64,000 nucleotides of DNA from Bacteroidia bacterium (lineage in GTDB: Bacteria > Bacteroidota > Bacteroidia > AKYH767-A > 2013-40CM-41-45): assembly GCA_035341855.1 (NCBI GenBank), contig DAOQWA010000002.1, forward strand, positions 17,189-81,188. The letters are read 5' to 3'. The notes beneath the pieces are model-generated. The model did no database searches and was not told the DNA's origin. It worked only from the letters and a program-made list of their open reading frames with translations. This document shows positions 58,331 through 64,000 of the stretch, one piece after another (positions within the stretch are counted from its first letter, which is position 1; each line of letters opens with the position of its first letter). The position numbers and the translations under genes were made by a program.

Positions 58331-59833
58331 TTAATACTGTGTCCGCAATTCTACACGACGATTTTTCGACCTGCCGGAAGCCGTATTATTATCATCAATC
58401 GGATGAGATTGCCCAAACCCTGTAGCCGATAACCTGTTCGCATCAATACCTTTCGAAATTAGATAGGTCTTAACAGATTCACATCTCTTTTGCGAAAGTA
58501 TTACATTCCGTTCGGCATCACCGGTATTATCTGTATGTCCTTCAATGATTAGATTTGATTCAGGGTATTTCGAAAGTATGTCTGAGAGATCATCGAGCTG
58601 AGCTATGGAGGATGGTCTTAATTTATCACTTCCGCTTTCGAAAAATATCTTGCTTGCTATTTTGGTTAATTGTGAGATTACCTCTTTAGGTAGTTCCGGA
58701 CAGCCATTGTTTTCCGGAATACCCGCGAGGTCTGGGCAGCGGTCATCCTTATCTGCAACACCATCATTATCCCGGTCAGGGCATCCCTTAAGAACTGCTG
58801 AACCCTTCTCTGCAGGGCAGTCATCTTCTTCATCAACAATTCCATCATCATCTTTATCAAACGGACAGCCGGTCTCATCCACTTTATATCCTGCTTTTGT
58901 GTTAGCACACTTATCATCGGTATCTGCGATTCCGTCAGCATCTGAATCAGGACAACCATCAAGATCCATTAGCCCGGCGACGTCAGGACACCTGTCTGTA
59001 ATATCAGCAACACCATCTCCATCTTTATCCGGACAACCTTTCAATGCCGGTTTACCTGCCAGCAATGGACAATCATCCTGATAGTCTGCTACACCATCTT
59101 TGTCAGTATCCAATGGGCAACCGTCTTCATCAACTTTTACCCCTGTCGAAGTGTCTGCACATTTATCCCTTTTATCTCCAACACCATCCCCGTCAGAATC
59201 CCTTCCTTCTCCTAAATTGAGAATGAGTCCAATTGAATGTTCAAGGAATTGATCTTTATCTCCGGATTTATTTGCATCCCAGGTATTGTCAGAAGGCAAG
59301 TGCAAAGCTGTTTGCCAGTCAAGACTTACATAGTCAGATATTCGTATCCGGATTCCTGCACCGAGTAAAAGGTCAAGCTGAGTGATATTATCTCTGACAC
59401 TGCCCTCACTTAAACCGACAGCATTCACCTCGGCTTTCAACGATCCGACTCCGCCTGTTACATAAGGTCCAATAATGGCATCCTCATTAAAAATATAGCC
59501 ATTGTACAGTTTAAAACGAAGTTTAAAAACTCCGGCATAAAATCTATCATCCATGCGATAATTCCCAAACATTTGCTCCATTCTTCCATGGCTAAAGCAA
59601 AGCCCAAGGTCAAAGGAAGGATTGAGATAACGACTCAATGATAATTTCTGTCCAAATGTAATTCTGTTTATCTCAAAGCTGAAGAAGTCATCAGCAATGC
59701 TCGTCTTAGGTTCAATTATAGTTCCATGAAATCCCAAAGACCATTTTAGCTCTGAGTTCTGTGCCTTTGCAGGACCTGATAGTTGACAAAGGAATACCAG
59801 GAGAAAGCAGAAAAGAAAAGATCCGGATTTCAT
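58331..59833 (-). CDS. OmpA family outer membrane protein with thrombospondin type-3 (TSP3) calcium-binding repeats
   Basis: Signal peptide, N-terminal beta-barrel, repeated DxDxDGxxDxxD motifs, C-terminal OmpA peptidoglycan-binding domain (NRRVEL). Confidence 0.85.
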   Translation of the reverse strand: MKSGSFLFCFLLVFLCQLSGPAKAQNSELKWSLGFHGTIIEPKTSIADDFFSFEINRITFGQKLSLSRYLNPSFDLGLCFSHGRMEQMFGNYRMDDRFYAGVFKLRFKLYNGYIFNEDAIIGPYVTGGVGSLKAEVNAVGLSEGSVRDNITQLDLLLGAGIRIRISDYVSLDWQTALHLPSDNTWDANKSGDKDQFLEHSIGLILNLGEGRDSDGDGVGDKRDKCADTSTGVKVDEDGCPLDTDKDGVADYQDDCPLLAGKPALKGCPDKDGDGVADITDRCPDVAGLMDLDGCPDSDADGIADTDDKCANTKAGYKVDETGCPFDKDDDGIVDEEDDCPAEKGSAVLKGCPDRDNDGVADKDDRCPDLAGIPENNGCPELPKEVISQLTKIASKIFFESGSDKLRPSSIAQLDDLSDILSKYPESNLIIEGHTDNTGDAERNVILSQKRCESVKTYLISKGIDANRLSATGFGQSHPIDDNNTASGRSKNRRVELRTQY

Positions 59834-59891
59834 AGATATAAGTTTTGCTTAAATAATAATTCTATCATTATAACCTAACTAATTTAGGTTT

Positions 59892-60662
59892 TCAGAATAC
59901 ACGCTTGATCAAACGAAGCTTGTGCGTATACTTATTTATTTCAGAATTGTAAATTCCTTCGTGATCCAGGGTGTCCACCCGAACTTTTCCACTCGCATGA
60001 ATTATTTTTTGATTTTCCAGAATGATCCCGACGTGAACGATCCTTCCTTCTGCATTATCAAAAAAGGCCAGATCTCCGACTTCAGCTTCTTCTATCATAT
60101 TTATAGTTGTTCCCTGTTCGGATTGCTGAGCAGCATCTCTCCAAAGTTTTATTCCGCAAAATTTCATTATAATTTGAGTGAAGCCGGAGCAATCAATCCC
60201 AAATGGCGAACGCCCTCCCCATAAATAAGGAGCATTCAAATATTTCATTGCATAATTTAAAAGATCAGTTCCCTTGCCTGCAGAAGGTTTAATCGAACTA
60301 CCGCCGAAAGTAAAAGTCATATTCGAAAATTTCAAATCATTCTTAGAAGATAAGAACAAAGAGCTGCCCATCACCAAGGGCATCTGATTTCCGTCCGTCA
60401 AACCAATTGATTGAAAAATTTCGGATGAAAGGTGCAGGGGAGAAGCCATCAACACTGATAGATCTTCATTCGAGATCGGAGTGCACTGTTTTTTATCAGC
60501 CCAGCCGATATAGCCGTCATAATCAACCTTTAATTTAAACCAGGAATTTTTCTCTTCAATCACCTCGGCAATTTCACCAAAGAGCAATTGTGAAACCATT
60601 TCACTTCGGTCACTATCTTCCTTTCTTAAAGGAATCTGACTTAAATGGCAAATACATTTCAT
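59892..60662 (-). CDS. C40 family peptidase (NlpC/P60) with N-terminal SH3-like domain
   Basis: YLWGGRSPFGIDCSGF catalytic Cys motif and a downstream His. Confidence 0.82.
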   Translation of the reverse strand: MKCICHLSQIPLRKEDSDRSEMVSQLLFGEIAEVIEEKNSWFKLKVDYDGYIGWADKKQCTPISNEDLSVLMASPLHLSSEIFQSIGLTDGNQMPLVMGSSLFLSSKNDLKFSNMTFTFGGSSIKPSAGKGTDLLNYAMKYLNAPYLWGGRSPFGIDCSGFTQIIMKFCGIKLWRDAAQQSEQGTTINMIEEAEVGDLAFFDNAEGRIVHVGIILENQKIIHASGKVRVDTLDHEGIYNSEINKYTHKLRLIKRVF

Positions 60663-60707
60663 GGACCGGAAAATTTAGGTTTATCTTGGCCTTCTCAATT
60701 TATCAAA

Positions 60708-61889
60708 TTAGTCGATCAACTGAACAACCATTGCTGAAGCGCCACCACCACCGTTGCAAATTCCTGCAGCACCAATTTTACCACCTTGATGTTTTAAAAC
60801 ATTCAGCAGTGTTACTATTATCCGGGCTCCGGAGCAACCAAGAGGATGACCCAGAGAAACTGCACCGCCATGAACATTCACTTTTGCCGGATCAAGTTTC
60901 ATCAAATTGTTGTTTGCAATTGCAACCACAGAAAATGCTTCGTTGATCTCGTAGAAATCTATCTTATCAGCGCTAAGTCCGGCTTTCTGTATTGCTCGTG
61001 GCAAAGCTTTTGAAGGAGTAGTAGTAAACCATTCAGGAGCTTGTTGAGCGTCTGAAAAACTTAATATTCGTGCTATAGGTTTTATATTCAGTGATGCAGC
61101 CTTCTCTTTACTCATCAATACGAGGGCAGCAGCACCATCGTTTAATTTAGAGGCGTTTGCTGCTGTAACACTTCCATCCTTTTTAAATGCAGGTTTCAGG
61201 GTTGGCACTTTCTCCGCGCGAAGATTTTTATACTCTTCATCATCAGTAACAATAACAGGATCTTTTCCACGTACAGGAACAGAGACCGGAATTATTTCAT
61301 CCTTAAAAAGACCTTTCTTATGGGCTTCAGTCGACCTCCTGTAAGATTCTAATGCATATGCATCTTGTTCTTCACGACTGATCTTACATTCTGTTGCACA
61401 CAATTCCGCTGCAACACCCATATGAAAATCCTTGTAAACATCCCATAGACCATCCTTAACCAATCCATCAATGATGGTACCGTTTCCAAGGCGATATCCG
61501 TTTCTTGCCTTATCCAGATAATATGGTACATTACTCATGCTTTCCATACCACCCGCAACAACGCATTCATTCTCACCGGTCATAATCGAAGTCGCTGCAA
61601 GTGCAATGGCCTTCATACCTGATGCACATACTTTGTTTACTGTCGTCCCCGGAACTGTGTTTGGGATTCCCGCCCAAATGGAAGCTTGTGTTACAGGAGC
61701 TTGTCCTAGACCTGCAGAAAGCACATTCCCCATATAAACATCCTGGATCTCCTTTGGGTCAAGATTAATTTTCTCCAAAGCAGCTTTTATGGCTTCAGAT
61801 CCCAATTGAGTAGCAGTCAAGGGAGAAAATACACCGCCAAAACTTCCAATCGCTGTGCGTACTGCACTGACAATAACAACTTCTTTCAT
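60708..61889 (-). CDS. acetyl-CoA C-acetyltransferase (thiolase II)
   Basis: MKEVVIVSAVRTAIGSFGG N-terminus, VNKVCASGMKA active-site Cys, C-terminal GLGGGxA-type NGGGGASAMVV. Confidence 0.93.
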   Translation of the reverse strand: MKEVVIVSAVRTAIGSFGGVFSPLTATQLGSEAIKAALEKINLDPKEIQDVYMGNVLSAGLGQAPVTQASIWAGIPNTVPGTTVNKVCASGMKAIALAATSIMTGENECVVAGGMESMSNVPYYLDKARNGYRLGNGTIIDGLVKDGLWDVYKDFHMGVAAELCATECKISREEQDAYALESYRRSTEAHKKGLFKDEIIPVSVPVRGKDPVIVTDDEEYKNLRAEKVPTLKPAFKKDGSVTAANASKLNDGAAALVLMSKEKAASLNIKPIARILSFSDAQQAPEWFTTTPSKALPRAIQKAGLSADKIDFYEINEAFSVVAIANNNLMKLDPAKVNVHGGAVSLGHPLGCSGARIIVTLLNVLKHQGGKIGAAGICNGGGGASAMVVQLID

Positions 61890-62028
61890 TTTATGGATTT
61901 TAGATTTAAAATTCCCGCAATTTACTCAAATTAATAAACCTTAAGAAAACAGTTGATATATTTGACCTGAATCAGAGCTTATTCAAAAACTGAATAAAAA
62001 CACTGCTTCTTTTAATTGAACGCCAACA

Positions 62029-64000
62029 ATGAAAAGCTATTTCATACGTCTTTCTAATAAACACGAAATTGTATTCAAATTCGCTTTAATAGCACTGACT
62101 ATATTACTGATTGTTATAGCATTACCGAAGGAGACCCAGTTCAATTATTCCTTTCAAAAGGGAAAGCCTTGGGCATTTGAAAATTTAATGGCGCCTTTCG
62201 ATTTTGCAATAAATAAATCAGAAGCTGATCTCAACGAAGAAAAGGCTGAGGTCATGAGAAACTCCCAACCTTTTTATCGCTATGAAGAAAAAATTCTTGA
62301 CAGAAAAATAGAATCTTTTAAAAGTGAACTCGACGAAGTTTGGGCCAAAAGATTCATACTTCAAAAAACGCATCCAAAAGAAGTTGCTCAACTCGAAAAA
62401 TTAAAAAATCTTCAATATGAGATCGGAGCCAATATCCTGAAAATGGTTTATGAGAAGGGTGTGATCCTCATTAATGACAAAGGCAAAGATAACAGGCCAT
62501 CGCAAAACATTACCACCATTCACAACAACCTTGCAGAAGAACATAAAATATCTGACTTTTTTACAATTCAGTCTGCATACGAGTTTATCAATACTGAACT
62601 GGAGAAAATTTCACAATCCGACCATGAACTTCTTTCTCCTTTGCTTGAAAATGCCCTCAGTCACAATTTAATATATGACGATGAAGCCACCCGTAAATGG
62701 ACTAAACAAGCTTTAGACAAAATATCATTATCCCGAGGTCTTGTACAAAAGGATGAAGTAATTATTCTTAAAGGTGAAGTGGTTGATGAAATAAAATTTC
62801 AAAAACTTGAAAGTCTTAAGAATGAAATGAAAAGTCAGGAGTTCTCTCAATCTTCAAGATGGATGCTCTTTCTTGGTCATTTTATCCTTGTTAGTCTGGC
62901 ATTGGGAATGTTGATTCTCTACTTATATCAGTTCCGAAAAGAAATATTTGATGACAATTCAAGAATTCTATTATTGATGCTCTTGATTATACTCATCACC
63001 TACATGTTCTTATGGGCAAGAAAATTAAACATGTTCGACCTTTACCTGGTGCCTGTTTGCATTTTACCCGTTGTAGTAAGAGCATTTTATGATACACGAA
63101 CAGCACTGTTTACTCACATCATTACTCTGATGATCATTGGATTTGAAGCCCCGGCAGGATTTGAATTTATGTTCATTCAAACAATAGCCGGAATGGTTGC
63201 AATATTTAGCATTGTAAGTATGAGTCGGAGAGTGCAATTCTTCATATCCATTCTTATGATATTTTTGAGTTATTCAATATCATTTATTGGTGTCACAATT
63301 ATTCATGAAGCTAACTTTAAAAGCATTGATTGGTTAAACTTAAAGTGGTTCCTGGGAAATTCGATCATCACACTTTTTGCATTCCCATTGATCTTCATAT
63401 TCGAAAAAACTTTTGGATTTCTCTCTGATGTTTCATTGATGGAGTTGTCGGACTCCAATGCCCCTTTATTAAGAGAATTATCTCTCAAAGCTCCCGGTAC
63501 TTTTCAACATTCATTGCAAGTTGCAAATCTTGCTGAAGCGGCAATCTTTCAAATTGGAGGAAATCCACTTTTGGTCAGAGCAGGTGCGATGTATCATGAT
63601 ATCGGTAAGGTTGATATGCCAATGTATTTTATCGAGAATCAAAATTCAGGTTCCAATCCTCATGACGAATTAGCTTTTGAAGAAAGTGCAAGGATCATTA
63701 AGAGCCATGTCATAAGAGGCATTGAGAAAGCTAAGAAACATTCAATTCCTGAACCGATCATTGATTTTATAAGAACTCATCATGGAACATCTCTTCTTCA
63801 ATACTTTTACCATTCCTTTCTAAAAAATTTCCCGGAAAAAGTTCCCGATGAGGATGTATTCAGATACCCGGGTCCCTTACCGTTTTCCAGAGAAAGTGCA
63901 GTACTCATGATGGCTGATTCAGTTGAAGCTGCCTCGCGGAGTCTTCAAAACCCGGACGCAAAAGCGATTAATATTTTAGTCGATACCATAATTGATAACC
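62029..64000 (+). CDS. 7TM receptor with intracellular HD/HDIG phosphohydrolase domain (PgpH-like), 3'-truncated by the window edge
   Basis: Not in the ORF track (no stop within the window). Manual translation of frame 1 from the ATG at 62029 gives MKSYFIRLSNKHEIVF..., multiple TM helices, then AMYHDIGK (HDIG motif), with no stop through 64000. Confidence 0.7.
   Translation, partial: MKSYFIRLSNKHEIVFKFALIALTILLIVIALPKETQFNYSFQKGKPWAFENLMAPFDFAINKSEADLNEEKAEVMRNSQPFYRYEEKILDRKIESFKSELDEVWAKRFILQKTHPKEVAQLEKLKNLQYEIGANILKMVYEKGVILINDKGKDNRPSQNITTIHNNLAEEHKISDFFTIQSAYEFINTELEKISQSDHELLSPLLENALSHNLIYDDEATRKWTKQALDKISLSRGLVQKDEVIILKGEVVDEIKFQKLESLKNEMKSQEFSQSSRWMLFLGHFILVSLALGMLILYLYQFRKEIFDDNSRILLLMLLIILITYMFLWARKLNMFDLYLVPVCILPVVVRAFYDTRTALFTHIITLMIIGFEAPAGFEFMFIQTIAGMVAIFSIVSMSRRVQFFISILMIFLSYSISFIGVTIIHEANFKSIDWLNLKWFLGNSIITLFAFPLIFIFEKTFGFLSDVSLMELSDSNAPLLRELSLKAPGTFQHSLQVANLAEAAIFQIGGNPLLVRAGAMYHDIGKVDMPMYFIENQNSGSNPHDELAFEESARIIKSHVIRGIEKAKKHSIPEPIIDFIRTHHGTSLLQYFYHSFLKNFPEKVPDEDVFRYPGPLPFSRESAVLMMADSVEAASRSLQNPDAKAINILVDTIIDN

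Noticed and set aside
58605-59081. 158-aa Ser/Pro/Gly-rich ORF on the plus strand
   Set aside because: It lies entirely antisense to the OmpA/TSP3 gene. Its repetitiveness mirrors the TSP3 aspartate repeats on the other strand. It is a shadow ORF.
1-64000. CRISPR arrays, cas genes, restriction-modification, toxin-antitoxin or other defence cassettes
   Set aside because: No regularly spaced direct repeats and no recognisable Cas, REase, abortive-infection or TA proteins were seen by eye. The window looks like core chromosome.

Overview
This 64-kb window reads as ordinary Bacteroidetes chromosome, densely packed with housekeeping genes on both strands. The Bacteroidetes assignment rests on tamB, a type IX secretion (T9SS) C-terminal sorting domain, bamD-rpoZ-coaBC synteny, a Bacteroidetes histone-H1-like protein and TAnnTTTG-type -7 promoter boxes.

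Recognisable content in order:
- mtaB-like radical-SAM methylthiotransferase and an orphan family-5 solute-binding lipoprotein.
- An endonuclease/exonuclease/phosphatase (EEP) membrane protein and two tandem rhomboid proteases downstream of mutL.
- A block of small genes: a TerB-like protein, an exported MsrA, a DinB-like protein and two unknowns.
- A methyltransferase, nhaA, and a complete acrA-acrB-tolC-type RND efflux operon.
- A PD40 beta-propeller protein, an M13 peptidase, a fasciclin protein, and tsaD divergent from a 1464-aa tamB.
- ribBA, a GT4 glycosyltransferase, an LptF/G permease, an ICMT-like methyltransferase and a tRNA(CAU) gene.
- A histone-H1-like gene and a serine-palmitoyltransferase-like alpha-oxoamine synthase.
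- A 795-aa T9SS cargo protein, bamD-rpoZ-coaBC, a DUF4835-like protein, ychF, a third rhomboid, gmhB-like and a class-IV aminotransferase.
- A Sir2 deacylase, fmt, a MATE transporter, an RlmI-like methyltransferase, Mpg glycosylase, recQ and clpB.
- An OmpA protein with TSP3 repeats, a C40 peptidase, a thiolase, and a 7TM-HD (PgpH-like) gene that runs off the 3' end and is absent from the ORF track.

I see no CRISPR array, transposase, integrase, prophage or recognisable defence or toxin cassette. The window may contain no novel multi-gene system at all.

The most unusual signals are non-coding:
1. A cluster of nested and tandem hairpins sharing a CC-TTA(C)GGG-GG loop in the 550-bp tamB-ribBA spacer, which is not an FMN riboswitch.
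2. A perfect 12-bp inverted repeat in the divergent clpB promoter region.
3. ATCGAAWT repeats upstream of the SPT-like gene.
4. A tRNA-CAU gene with three G.U pairs in its acceptor stem.

Several small unknown proteins are also flagged. All calls come from reading the sequence and from motif memory. No database search was run.
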